From Acidimicrobiia bacterium (GTDB taxonomy: Bacteria; Actinomycetota; Acidimicrobiia; Spongiisociales; ZC4RG35), in the NCBI GenBank assembly GCA_965203555.1, contig CBDBCY010000004.1, positions 800,001-864,000 of the forward strand: a DNA stretch of 64,000 nucleotides, given 5' to 3'. The notes beneath the pieces were generated by a model that was not told the origin of the DNA, ran no database searches, and was given only the letters and a program-made list of their open reading frames with translations. How positions within the stretch are numbered: position 1 is the stretch's first letter; every line of letters begins with the position of its first letter. Below are positions 38,486-48,363 of the stretch, in pieces. The translations under genes were made by a program, and so were the position numbers.

Positions 38486-39940
38486 CTAGGACCAGGTAAT
38501 CATGGCCACGGCAGTGGTGCTGGCATACAGAACCCGGCCTTCACCGGCGGCGCTGAGGAACATCCCGTTGGCGACTCTCGACCCGGTCGCCACCCTGTCG
38601 AGCAAGGCGCCGCTGGCAATGTCCACCACCACCAAGTCGTCAGATGGGGGGCCTCCCTCGGCGCTCACGTGGAAGTCGTTTATGACCAACTCGCCGGACT
38701 CGGGATAGACCACCGGTTGCATGGACGGTCTCACATCAAGGTGCCATGCAACTTTCATGTCAGTGCCGCCGTTCCGGGAAGAGCACTCGATACCCGCCAA
38801 ACCACCGTTCACCGAGTCCCAGGCTATAGCCATATCCAATCCCGGCTTGACCTGTGGTACGTGGACCGGAGGTGCGATAATGCCTCCCCCCGGCGTACCG
38901 AACGGCTCAATCGCTCCCCAGTCCTGGTCAGAAGTGAGGCTCACTCGGAACAAGCGCTGCGCTCCCGACCATGGCGCGGGGCGCCGCCACGAGAGTCTTC
39001 TGCCCGGAGAGACGCTGAACCGGCCGTTGGGCTCGGTGCCGTGAATGGCCCGGACGGACTCGATGTCCCCGCAATCCATGATCCAGCAGTGACCCGCAGA
39101 GAGACAACAATCCCAGGAAAGACCGAACTCACCGTTGAGCCGGCGGTAACGCGGCCGCCAAGTGCGGTCAATCTCCAGACCGCACCCACTGCCGTAGCCC
39201 AAAGAGCCGGCACCGTTGAAGTCAGCCACGACCAACCGCCAGACGTGCTCGGTCCCGGGGACGTAAATCAACTCCGTCTGCACACCGTCGATCTCAACCA
39301 GGTCGGCTGCGATCCGGCCCATCGATCCCTCCGGCAGCACCAGTGGTTCGCCCACCAACTCGAGCGACTCCGGTTCCAGCCGGGTGAGAGTGGTGCCTCC
39401 CTGTCCTTCCAGCCGCAGGTCCTTGGTGACTATGGTTCCATCCCGCAGCGCCAGCATTCCGTTGTGCGAGCGGTCGACGGGAAGCCGACGCTCAGCCAAG
39501 ACCGACAGGTCGAGGGGGTCGAGCTTGTGCAGGTAAGAGCCGTTGACGCTGTAGATGGCACCGTTGGCGTGGGCCAGTATCGATCCGCACCACACATGAC
39601 TCCCGCAGGGAAGCCGAGGCGATACAGCTTCCGGCTCAAGCGCATCGACACCGGACCCACCCTCGCTCAGGTCGAGACGCTCCACCCACCCGTGGGGCTC
39701 GGGACCGCTGAAGGCCGGCATCGTCCCGCCCAGGTACCATTCACCCGGCGCCCGCTCCACGAACATCACGTTCCAGCGACCGTTCAGCCGAGTCACTACC
39801 GAAGCGGACCGGGAAGCGGCATCCAAACGTCCCACGGCAGCCTTTTGCCGCCGGTTCCCGCCGCATTCCGCCGGCCATGGAGATGGCCAGTAGCCATCCC
39901 GCCCACCCGGTCGCCCTTCCAGGCGGTCCAGGGCCGTCAC
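38486..39940 (-). CDS. Hypothetical protein, probably beta-propeller-like
   Basis: 484-aa ORF co-oriented with and abutting the oxidase; repeated strand-like motifs. Confidence 0.65.
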   Translation of the reverse strand: MTALDRLEGRPGGRDGYWPSPWPAECGGNRRQKAAVGRLDAASRSASVVTRLNGRWNVMFVERAPGEWYLGGTMPAFSGPEPHGWVERLDLSEGGSGVDALEPEAVSPRLPCGSHVWCGSILAHANGAIYSVNGSYLHKLDPLDLSVLAERRLPVDRSHNGMLALRDGTIVTKDLRLEGQGGTTLTRLEPESLELVGEPLVLPEGSMGRIAADLVEIDGVQTELIYVPGTEHVWRLVVADFNGAGSLGYGSGCGLEIDRTWRPRYRRLNGEFGLSWDCCLSAGHCWIMDCGDIESVRAIHGTEPNGRFSVSPGRRLSWRRPAPWSGAQRLFRVSLTSDQDWGAIEPFGTPGGGIIAPPVHVPQVKPGLDMAIAWDSVNGGLAGIECSSRNGGTDMKVAWHLDVRPSMQPVVYPESGELVINDFHVSAEGGPPSDDLVVVDIASGALLDRVATGSRVANGMFLSAAGEGRVLYASTTAVAMITWS

Positions 39941-40057
39941 CGTTCCATAGCCTCCTGTCTGACGGTCATCGCAAGTCCAGGCTACCCGCCGGTGGCGGAA
40001 CTCCGTTCCACCGCCCCCTTCCGGAGGTCGATCCCGTGCCGAAGCGGACCCTTGTGT

Positions 40058-40957
40058 TCAGGCTGTTGTTGCCGGAACACCGTCCTGCAGTTGTTTCTTT
40101 TTCTTCTTCTTGGTCCTTGACCCCGGCTGGGGGACATATAGATCGGGAACGAAGGCCTGTTCGGTGATGGGCGGACGGATGTATTCATCGCCGCTCTGTC
40201 GAGCCGGCAGGCTGAGTTCCGGAACTTCCACATTGTGATAGGGGATGCTGCTCAGCAGATGGCTGATGCAGTTGAGCCGTGCCCGGCGTTTGTCGTCGGC
40301 ATTCACCACGTTCCAGCGACAATCGATGATGTCGGTGTGTACGAACATGTCGTCCTTCGCCCTGGAATAGTCGATCCAGCGCTTCCTTGACTCCAGGTCC
40401 ATCGGGCTCAGCTTCCACCGCCGCCGGGGATCCGTGAGCCGGGCTTGAAAACGGCTCTCCTGCTCCTCGTCGCTCACGGAGAACCAGTACTTGATGATCT
40501 GGATGCCGGAACGGATCAGCATACGTTCGAACTGTGGGCAGGACACCAGGAACTCCTGATACTCCTGCTCGGTACAGAATCCCATCACCCGCTCCACGCC
40601 GGCCCGGTTGTACCAGCTGCGGTCGAAGAGCACCATCTCGCCCGCAGCGGGCAAGTGTGTCACATAGCGCTGGAAATACCACTGGGTCTTCTCACGCTCG
40701 GTGGGCACCCCGAGAGCCACCACCCGACAAACACGGGGATTCAGTCTCTCAACGATCCGCTTTATCACTCCCCCCTTGCCGGCCGCGTCCCGACCCTCGC
40801 AAATCACCAGGACTTTGAGTCCCCGGTTGACAATCCATCTTTGAAGCATCGCCAACTCTTCCTGCAGTCTGCGCAACTCTCGTTCGTAATACCTCCGCTC
40901 GAGCCTTCCCTTTGCTGTGTAGTTGGGTGGGCTCACTGAGGAATACATCCCGTTCAT
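40058..40957 (-). CDS. ppk2: Polyphosphate kinase 2
   Basis: EGRDAAGKGG, FDRSWYNRAGVE, WKLSPMD. Confidence 0.95.
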   Translation of the reverse strand: MNGMYSSVSPPNYTAKGRLERRYYERELRRLQEELAMLQRWIVNRGLKVLVICEGRDAAGKGGVIKRIVERLNPRVCRVVALGVPTEREKTQWYFQRYVTHLPAAGEMVLFDRSWYNRAGVERVMGFCTEQEYQEFLVSCPQFERMLIRSGIQIIKYWFSVSDEEQESRFQARLTDPRRRWKLSPMDLESRKRWIDYSRAKDDMFVHTDIIDCRWNVVNADDKRRARLNCISHLLSSIPYHNVEVPELSLPARQSGDEYIRPPITEQAFVPDLYVPQPGSRTKKKKKKQLQDGVPATTA

Positions 40958-41106
40958 TCTTCTCTCCTCTCGCCGGCTGCGTCGTCTCCCGTCGGCTAGA
41001 AGGGGGCTTTACCTGTCGCTGTCGGAGAGTAACACCAGGCGGCACTTCAACCTGCCGGGACGGGGGTTTTTTTGACGAGCCGGTTACAGCACGAATCCAT
41101 GGCCTT

Positions 41107-41736
41107 CTATGGATCCGTGATCTCCAATCCCCAGCTAATCCACCCATCGGCGTTCGTGCGGGCGAACAACTCGATCTTGCTCTGCGAAGGAAACATTTCT
41201 TCGATCCTGCTCCGGACTTCCTCGGGCTTCTGCGAGTGCGGGCCTCGTGCGCTGCGAACCATCTGACGAACATTTCTCGCCCCCCGAGGCGTCGGGATTC
41301 GACCCTTCTTGAAAACCAGGCAGAGTTCACATTGGCTGAGGGTGTAGAAACCCGGGTTCACTCTTACCTTGTCCCATACGAAGGCAACCGTCGCCCACTT
41401 GAACCCCCAGGACTTTCCCAGTTCCACAGCCTGGTCAAGGTGAGGATTGGTAGTCCACATGAACAACAGGCAGTCGTCGGCAGCGATGGAGGGAACTCCC
41501 AGTTTCTTGAGATCGGAGAGCTTGACCGTGGGATAGTGCCGGACGGCGCCTCCGGTGTCGCCCGATCCCACTCCGGCGTGCTGGAGTTGCCCCCGGTAGT
41601 CCCAGGGTGGATCGGCATAGATAATCGCGAATCTCTGATCGGGGAGCCCAGGGAACATTTGCTCGGTTCCGATGTCAACACCTACCTGCTTGTCTTGGGA
41701 CCCGACCCTCTCCACGCGGGCTGATCGCCGAGACAC
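41107..41736 (-). CDS. MT-A70 family adenine methyltransferase
   Basis: IIYADPPW, LLFMW, HSQKPEE, IELFAR..WG.E. Confidence 0.9.
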   Translation of the reverse strand: MSRRSARVERVGSQDKQVGVDIGTEQMFPGLPDQRFAIIYADPPWDYRGQLQHAGVGSGDTGGAVRHYPTVKLSDLKKLGVPSIAADDCLLFMWTTNPHLDQAVELGKSWGFKWATVAFVWDKVRVNPGFYTLSQCELCLVFKKGRIPTPRGARNVRQMVRSARGPHSQKPEEVRSRIEEMFPSQSKIELFARTNADGWISWGLEITDP

Positions 41737-41811
41737 GGCGTCTCAGCCCTGACAACATTAATGCCGACCGACGTTGTTCACCTCACCTTCCCTGCCTGGC
41801 TCGGCGTTTGC

Positions 41812-42891
41812 TCAACCGGCCCGCATCGGCATGACCAGATTCCAGACTCGCGCACAGTGGGGGTCGGCGACAAGTACCGGCTTGGGCCGGGCCAGCGGAT
41901 CTTCTGCAAACCTGATCTCCACCTGATCGGAGACCAGGTTCGCCAGAGCGTCCGCCAGGAACAACGAGTTGAAACGCATAGTCAATTCCTCTGGCAACGC
42001 CGCATGATGGGCATCCACGGATCCGCTCACCATCCCGATCGGCGATTTCGCAACGAACTCAATTCCCGATGTTGAGAAAACCAGCTTGGCGGGTGCCGGT
42101 GACTTTCGGTCCAGCGCCACGACTCTGGAGGTGAGTTCGGAGAGGGGGGCTCGGGCACAAACGACGCGACCCTCCCAGGGAGGGGACCAGCCCCGGTAGC
42201 GTGGATAGTCAGATCGGTCGCACACGATCCCCATCTTGCCCAGCTTCTCGACCTCGAACCACACATAGCCCTCTTCCAACCACACCCGGTACACCGAAGC
42301 CTTTCCAAATGCCCGCAGCATCCTCTTGATCAGACGGACGTTCACCGAGAATGTCCCGTGACCCGGGATTCCCGACAAGTCACGCACCGCCAGCCGGAAG
42401 GTGTCGGAGGCAACCAGCCGCATGGTCCCGTCCGTCTCATCGAATCGCACCGAGCCGAATATCGGATGGTTGTCGGTGGCGGCCGCCGGAATCACACCAC
42501 CCAGGGACGATCTCATAAGCTCTCCATCGATGGGGTCTGCGGTATCTTCAGGCTCCGGTAATACGACTCCGCACAGTTCGTCCTGTTCGGCCAGGACAAC
42601 CCTGGCGCCCCCGCCGGTAAAAGCTATCCCTTCCTCTGCCCGTTCCATGGTGACCGCGCCGGCAGGAAGCGACTTGACCACCGAGACGATCTGTCGCAGC
42701 ATCACCTCGGCTGCCCCGTCCCGATCCACTGCCGCGTCCACTTTGGCCACAAAGACCACGTTCCTTCCAACGGCCACCAATTCCAGTCTCCCCGAATCCG
42801 CCGTCAGCACCAGGGGCGCCGTCGAACCGGCCCCGGTAGAGAGTCTCCGCAGAGCGCTGTTGAGTTGGTGACGCTCCAAGGTTGCCTTCAT
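41812..42891 (-). CDS. Divergent DNA polymerase III beta-clamp paralog
   Basis: 359 aa; LVASDTFRLA, DYPRY, RFNSLFLADAL, terminal LVMPMR; not in a dnaA/recF context. Confidence 0.8.
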   Translation of the reverse strand: MKATLERHQLNSALRRLSTGAGSTAPLVLTADSGRLELVAVGRNVVFVAKVDAAVDRDGAAEVMLRQIVSVVKSLPAGAVTMERAEEGIAFTGGGARVVLAEQDELCGVVLPEPEDTADPIDGELMRSSLGGVIPAAATDNHPIFGSVRFDETDGTMRLVASDTFRLAVRDLSGIPGHGTFSVNVRLIKRMLRAFGKASVYRVWLEEGYVWFEVEKLGKMGIVCDRSDYPRYRGWSPPWEGRVVCARAPLSELTSRVVALDRKSPAPAKLVFSTSGIEFVAKSPIGMVSGSVDAHHAALPEELTMRFNSLFLADALANLVSDQVEIRFAEDPLARPKPVLVADPHCARVWNLVMPMRAG

Positions 42892-43181
42892 ATCCCCGCT
42901 CCTTGCTTGAGATCCAACAATGACCTGACGCCCCGCCCCGGTTGGTGTCCCCGTTCAAAAAGCGCTTAACCATTGCATACAGTTGTTATCTCCTTTCACT
43001 ATGCGGACACTGCTTCATCCGGTGGCATCGCAGGCATCACGGTTTTTCCCAAACCGGGTCCCTTTTTTGCCACTGTCCGGACCTGCAGTCCTCACATCCG
43101 GCCAGACGGCAACCCTCTCCGGTTGTGGGCCGGCGATGGCAAGGGGCGGTGGGCAGCCGTCCCCTCAGATGCGCCTTGAGA

Positions 43182-43880
43182 TCAACTTTCGGCGCTTGGA
43201 TCCCTGGGGAGCTTTTCGAATCGACGCCGGGTCGCCAGCAGACCGACTGCACCCATCACCACCCCGGCCAGATACCACCACGTCCAGTGGGACCAGGCCC
43301 CCACCGACCAAAGGGGCGTCACCAGCCGGACCGCCGAAGCCCATCCCAGACCCGCGGCGGCGCTGCCGCCCTCCCACCGCAGGGGCCTCCACCACAGCAA
43401 TACCGCCCCGGCGGCCAACAATATCGAGACGTAGACGCCTACGGGATGCCGGAGAAGGTCGCTTCCTTGCAGAGGCATCGCCCACCACAGATCCGACGGG
43501 GACCCCAGACAGGATCCCTGCCACCAACATCCCCCTTCCCACACCGCCAACCCGGCCAGAACCGCCGGAACCAGGTGGTCCAGACGTCTCAACAGGTCCG
43601 ATCGACAAGTCCAGGCCAGATAACCGACAGCGGCTATGGCGGCGGGAACCGGCGCGACACCACCCCGGATGAAGACCAGTTCCATCGGAGGGGCCAGCAG
43701 GTCAATACCCTCCGCCAATACGTAGGACAGGCGTCCTGCCGCCATCCCGACCAGGACCGCTCCGAGCAGATCGCTGAACGGTTGCGTGGAACCCGGCGGA
43801 GAATGCCGTCTCGATGCCCACAGTACCAAAGCGGCGACGACCATCGCCCCCAAGGCCCGCAGTACCAGAGTGAAGTCCAC
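43182..43880 (-). CDS. Prolipoprotein diacylglyceryl transferase-like membrane protein
   Basis: GRLSYVL, IRGG, GC...SCLG, WAM..RHPVGVY. Confidence 0.6.
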   Translation of the reverse strand: MDFTLVLRALGAMVVAALVLWASRRHSPPGSTQPFSDLLGAVLVGMAAGRLSYVLAEGIDLLAPPMELVFIRGGVAPVPAAIAAVGYLAWTCRSDLLRRLDHLVPAVLAGLAVWEGGCWWQGSCLGSPSDLWWAMPLQGSDLLRHPVGVYVSILLAAGAVLLWWRPLRWEGGSAAAGLGWASAVRLVTPLWSVGAWSHWTWWYLAGVVMGAVGLLATRRRFEKLPRDPSAES

Positions 43881-43993
43881 CTCAGCCCTTCATCGTGCCA
43901 GTCTCGGCAGTTCAGCACCTTTCCACAACGTTCGTTCGAACGTCCCGAACTCAAAAAACAACAGGTGGTTTAGCAGCTTGGACTGTCCGGTGG

Positions 43994-44488
43994 TCATCCC
44001 AGACGGGAGAGTTCGTCGGTCCACAGGTTGAGAATGTTCTCATCGATGATTCCCCGGTGAACGTTGAGCACGTCACCCGCCGAATCGGTGAACACGGTGA
44101 AGGGAATCCCAAACGCCCCGTAATGCTCCCTCATGGAACCGCCGTCGGCCAGATAGTTTTGGAAGAGGATCCCGAAGGACTCCATGAAGTCGAAGGCGTC
44201 GGCGGCCGTGTCGTCCACCGCCACCCCGATGAAGCGCACCCGGTCGCCATACTCTTCATGAGCCCGCCGCAACACCGGGGCCTCCGCCCGGCACGGTCCG
44301 CACCACGAGGCCCAGAAGTTCACCACCGCCGCCCCACCGGAGGACAGCTCCACGGTCAACTCCTCGGGAGTGATCCAGTTCAAACTGTCCGGCACGGTGG
44401 CTGCCACCGTTTCCGGGTCGCTCCCGCCGCCACACGAAACAGCCAGCAGGCCCAGCAGCACGCCCAGTATCACAGTTTTACGCTTCAT
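43994..44488 (-). CDS. TlpA-family thiol:disulfide oxidoreductase lipoprotein
   Basis: Lipobox AVSC; VNFWASWCGPCRAE. Confidence 0.9.
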   Translation of the reverse strand: MKRKTVILGVLLGLLAVSCGGGSDPETVAATVPDSLNWITPEELTVELSSGGAAVVNFWASWCGPCRAEAPVLRRAHEEYGDRVRFIGVAVDDTAADAFDFMESFGILFQNYLADGGSMREHYGAFGIPFTVFTDSAGDVLNVHRGIIDENILNLWTDELSRLG

Positions 44489-44651
44489 CGCCAATCCATC
44501 GCCAATCCGATGTTATGTGCCCCACCGGGTCTGCGCATCTGTTTCCTCCCCCTCAAGAACCCTTCAGGGGTAAACGGGAATAAGCCGGCGCCCGGCTCGT
44601 CTACAATTGCGTGGGCGAACCGGACCACCTCCGGCTCCCCATCCTCTCCTT

Positions 44652-44725
44652 TCCGGGGTAGCTCAATTCGGCAGAGCGGCGGGCTGTTAACCCGAAGGTT
44701 GTGGGTTCGAGTCCCACCCCCGGAG
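44652..44725 (+). tRNA. tRNA-Asn(GTT)
   Basis: TCCGGGGTAGCTCAA..CGGG CT GTT AA CCCG..GGTTCGAGTCCC. Confidence 0.95.
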
Positions 44726-44860
44726 CTGATAATACAGGTATTTGCCCAGGTCAGAGGACCTTTAGGTCTAATCCGACATCACTTGTGGCATCTACTGGCC
44801 CCGATGATTCATGGGTGGGAATCCCAGCTTGGTGCAGCATAGGCAGGGGTGGGACCAAGT

Positions 44861-44977
44861 GATGAGTACTTGTCGATAGACGACATCATCACATCCAAAG
44901 AAAAAGCAGGCCGAGAAAAGGACCGGCTTACTCTGCCCGAGTTGCGACGCTTCCGAGACGAACAGCCACGTTCCTGA
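44861..44977 (+). pseudogene. C-terminal relic of a nucleotidyltransferase (same family as 157..867)
   Basis: Manual translation DEYLSIDDIITSKEKAGREKDRLTLPELRRF..; no N-terminal part upstream. Confidence 0.6.
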
Positions 44978-45156
44978 ACCAAAAGTTCATTTTATGTGGG
45001 GAGTATTCGCGGAGCCAGGGCGAAACGCGCGGCGTTTTTGGGATGGGTCTGCTTTCGCAGGCACTATTGCGGCGTTTCAGTGACTTTGGGCAACCCAGTC
45101 AATTGCGTGTCTGCCGGGGTTCCCGAAAGAGATGGGACCGCGGCAGGACGGAGGCC

Positions 45157-45576
45157 CTACTCTTCCATGTTTATAACTATGTTGTCCGGTCCGCGGGCCA
45201 GGAACTGTTCCGACGGTACGTCGTAGGGATTTTCCTCGATGTGCCACATGTGGGCAGGCACGAACAGAAAGTCGCCTGGTCCGGCCTCTACCCATTCCTT
45301 GAAGTCCTCGCCATAGTAGACCCGGACGTGGCCGGAAATGACGTAGGCGGCGGTCTCGGCCTCACCGTGCATGTGGGGCGGACCCGTGTGATTGGGCTCT
45401 GAGGTGACCGTGCCGAACCAGATCTTGCTGGCTCCTACCGCTGCCGCGTCGATTGCGGGACGGCGGATCAGGCCGGGAGTCTGTGCCGTGTCGCTTGGCG
45501 GCCGGGTGCCGGGGACCACCATCGGGACGGTGCCGGGGACCACCATCGGGACTATGAGCTCAGTCTTCGCTTCCAA
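45157..45576 (-). CDS. Cupin domain protein
   Basis: HMHGEAET, GDFLFVPAHMWHIEEN; GAGGAGG before TTG. Confidence 0.85.
   Translation of the reverse strand: MEAKTELIVPMVVPGTVPMVVPGTRPPSDTAQTPGLIRRPAIDAAAVGASKIWFGTVTSEPNHTGPPHMHGEAETAAYVISGHVRVYYGEDFKEWVEAGPGDFLFVPAHMWHIEENPYDVPSEQFLARGPDNIVINMEE
45505..45552. repeat. Perfect 24-bp tandem duplication, in frame (VPMVVPGT twice)
   Basis: GGTGCCGGGGACCACCATCGGGAC at 45505 and 45529. Confidence 0.95.
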
Positions 45577-45750
45577 GGTTGGCCTCCTCGTTGGCGTGTG
45601 CGCCGCGACCGACGCGGGGTTACCGTATGTTCGCTTCGATGGTTAGTTTACGGGCACTCGCCGCACAGGTTGTGAGAATGCGCCGTGAATATGCGGATGG
45701 TGGCGACAAGGGGGCGGGTCAAATGTTGGTCGGTATTCGCGATCGACCGA

Positions 45751-46602
45751 TCACACGTCGTCTCCCGGGTTTATTGACTGCTTGCCAAGTTGCGGCCAGG
45801 CGGCAGGCGCGGCGGCCTTGGCGAGCCGTTGTTCTATGGGCAAACGGTCGTCCCAGTAGTAGGCAATAAGACGCATGCCGTTGGTACCGTCGGACTCCTC
45901 GGACGCGAGCCACACCGCGGGCCCGTTCATCACCTCCGGCCGCATGAGGATCGCCCGCCCCACCGCGATGTCATCGGGAATGACGTGTGTGTCGGTCTCG
46001 CCGCCGGGGACAAGTACGTTGGCGGTTACTCCGGTCCCCTCCAATTCGCGGGACATGAGAGCAACAAGCGCCTCGTGGCTTGCCTTGGATGGACCGTAGG
46101 GGCACATGCCCGGCCGGTACATGGTGTCGACGCTGGTCGTGACGCCGATTATCCGGCCCCATCCCTGATCGAGCATGTGGCCCACTGCCGCCCGGGCCAT
46201 GAAGAACGATCCGCTGGAGTTGACAGCGATTATCCTGCTCCACGTCTCGGGAGTGATGTCCCAGAACTTGGGAACATTACCGCCGGCGAGGTCCGCAAGG
46301 TGGATCGTTCCAGCGTTGTTGATGAGCACGTGGAGCCCGCCGAGCCCGTCTATCGTCTTGCGGACAGCGTCCTCCACGCTTTCGGGGTCTGCGATGTCGC
46401 AGACCAAGTCCAAGACACAGTCGTCCCCACCGGCCGCCCGCACCTCGCCTGCGGACTGCTCCAGCCACTCCTCGTTGATGTCCAGCATCGCCACGCGTGC
46501 CCCGGCCTGCACCAGGGCAAACGTCATGGCGCGGCCCATGCCGATGGGGCTGCCGGCACCGGTAACGATTGCCACTTTTCCGTTTAGCGGTTTGTGTTGC
46601 AT
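45751..46602 (-). CDS. SDR family oxidoreductase
   Basis: TGAGSPIGMG, NNAG, YGPSK. Confidence 0.9.
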   Translation of the reverse strand: MQHKPLNGKVAIVTGAGSPIGMGRAMTFALVQAGARVAMLDINEEWLEQSAGEVRAAGGDDCVLDLVCDIADPESVEDAVRKTIDGLGGLHVLINNAGTIHLADLAGGNVPKFWDITPETWSRIIAVNSSGSFFMARAAVGHMLDQGWGRIIGVTTSVDTMYRPGMCPYGPSKASHEALVALMSRELEGTGVTANVLVPGGETDTHVIPDDIAVGRAILMRPEVMNGPAVWLASEESDGTNGMRLIAYYWDDRLPIEQRLAKAAAPAAWPQLGKQSINPGDDV

Positions 46603-47002
46603 GTCGACTTCTCAGTTCGTGTGCGTACTCGAATACTTGACTTGCCGTCACCGATGTTCAAGAAAAGGCGTCCAAAGGGCCACCGACGGAATTGGCAATA
46701 ATCAGTCTACGAGGTTGGAATAGCAGCGACCCAGCCCAGTCTCGTATTCTGGACGCATGTGTCTCATCCCGTCCCGGATCAGAGGCACTTTCCGCGTCAA
46801 ACCCCCAACAACCCCACATCCCCTTCGGTGGACTCAGGATTACCGTTCCCGAGCATCGGCACTCAGGCGGTAGTGAAGACCACAAGTGATACCGCGAGCA
46901 TGATCCGGCATTTTGAGCAGGGTAAACGGAGGTTGCCGAATCTCGACGGTAGGCGGCCCGCTCGGAACTCAGCACCCGGTTCTGGCTGTGACGGCCCTTA
47001 CC

Positions 47003-48070
47003 TCAGGCAGAAGCCGGTCGGTAGGAGTCCATGTAGACCTCTTTGCCCTCGCGGGAGGAATCGTAGATGGCCATGATGATGGCCAGCGGCACCCGGGCGT
47101 CCTCTCCCGTGAGGATCGGATCACGGTCTTCCCGGATTGCATCCACCATGTCCTGTAGTTGGATCCGGTGGCGGCTCTGCGGATAGTCCCACGGATCGTC
47201 GATGTCGGTTAACTCGAAGCTTTGCTCCACATCCACGCGGCCCTGATCGCCTTTCACGTCCCACAGAAGGAACTTATCGTATTGGGCGTTGGCGACTACG
47301 GTGCCGTTGTCTCCGTGAAGTTCCAATCGGGACTTCAGAGCGGTCCGGACCGAGGAAGTGCTTTCGATGATCCCGATGGCGCCACTCTCAAAGGTAACGA
47401 CGGCGGTGGCAGTGTCTTCGATCTCGATGTCGTGTACCTGCGTGGCCACCCGGCCCATCACCGACCGCACTGGTCCCATCAGGTATTGCAGCAGATCGAT
47501 GATGTGGATCGACTGGGTCATCAGGCAACCCCCGCCCTCGAGCGTCTTGGTGCCTCGCCAGGCTGCGGAGTTGTAGTATGCGGTAGTCCGGCTCGACTTG
47601 TCGATGGCGTCACTCAGGAACACTCGTCCCAGCCGCCCGGAATCCACGGCCTCTTTGAGGGTGCGGGCTACCACCCCAAAGCGCATCTGGAATATCACTC
47701 CGAGCTTGGTGTTGTTCGCCCGGCAAACACCGATCATCCGGTCAGCCCTCTCCAGATTGATCTCGATCGGCTTTTCCACCAGCGCGTGCTTTCCGGCGTT
47801 GGAAGCGGCGATGGTGACGTCGGCATGAAGGCCGCTTGGAACTGACACGATCACTACATCGACGTCTTCATGTTCCACCAACTGACGGTAATCGGTGAAC
47901 CAGTGTCTCACATCGTTTGCCCTAGCGAAGCCGCTGACGTTGGCCTCGTTCCGGCTGCAAACCGCAACCAACTCACCGCCTTCGACGTATTCCATTTCCT
48001 TGGCCATGAAGCCACCCGACATCCCGGTCCCTACCAGGCCGAAACCGATCTTTTCGTTTCTCACCGTCAT
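47003..48070 (-). CDS. Gfo/Idh/MocA family oxidoreductase
   Basis: GTGMSG, GKHALVEKP, GGGCLMTQSIHIID. Confidence 0.9.
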   Translation of the reverse strand: MTVRNEKIGFGLVGTGMSGGFMAKEMEYVEGGELVAVCSRNEANVSGFARANDVRHWFTDYRQLVEHEDVDVVIVSVPSGLHADVTIAASNAGKHALVEKPIEINLERADRMIGVCRANNTKLGVIFQMRFGVVARTLKEAVDSGRLGRVFLSDAIDKSSRTTAYYNSAAWRGTKTLEGGGCLMTQSIHIIDLLQYLMGPVRSVMGRVATQVHDIEIEDTATAVVTFESGAIGIIESTSSVRTALKSRLELHGDNGTVVANAQYDKFLLWDVKGDQGRVDVEQSFELTDIDDPWDYPQSRHRIQLQDMVDAIREDRDPILTGEDARVPLAIIMAIYDSSREGKEVYMDSYRPASA

Positions 48071-48363
48071 CGCCGCCCTTCTCTGGGAGGAGTGTTACTC
48101 GAGGGGCTGTAGATCATCCGACCAACGCCCCATCCTAATTCTGTCTTTGTCGAACAGTCCGAAATCTACTCAGAGTCCCATACCGTGTCAAGGGTTCTGG
48201 TTGGGCAGCGGCCTACCAGGTTCCGGCGGCGCGAAAAACGCCTGCTGGAAATCGGCGCGAGCACGAACCGGTGTGGCGGACACTCTCCGATGAATGAAAC
48301 GAACGATCGAGCCCTGTTTTCGATGGGAGTACCAAGTCGGCAAGACCCATACACTCGGGGCGA

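Noticed and set aside
40095-40115. Poly-Lys tail of Ppk2 as a phase-variable tract
   Set aside because: Mixed AAG/AAA codons in a likely dispensable tail, with no frameshift evident.
41020-41100. CGGCA-CTTCAAC-CTGCCG resembling a tRNA-Sec anticodon arm
   Set aside because: No T-arm (GTTCGA), no acceptor stem and the wrong loop size, so it is not selC.
46610-46995. ORF 46658..46975 between the SDR and Gfo/Idh/MocA genes
   Set aside because: No motif, atypical composition and no SD; may be a decayed relic but cannot be supported.
48170-48190. attR copy of the tRNA-Asn 3' end (GAGTCCCA)
   Set aside because: Only an 8-nt match, which is expected by chance.
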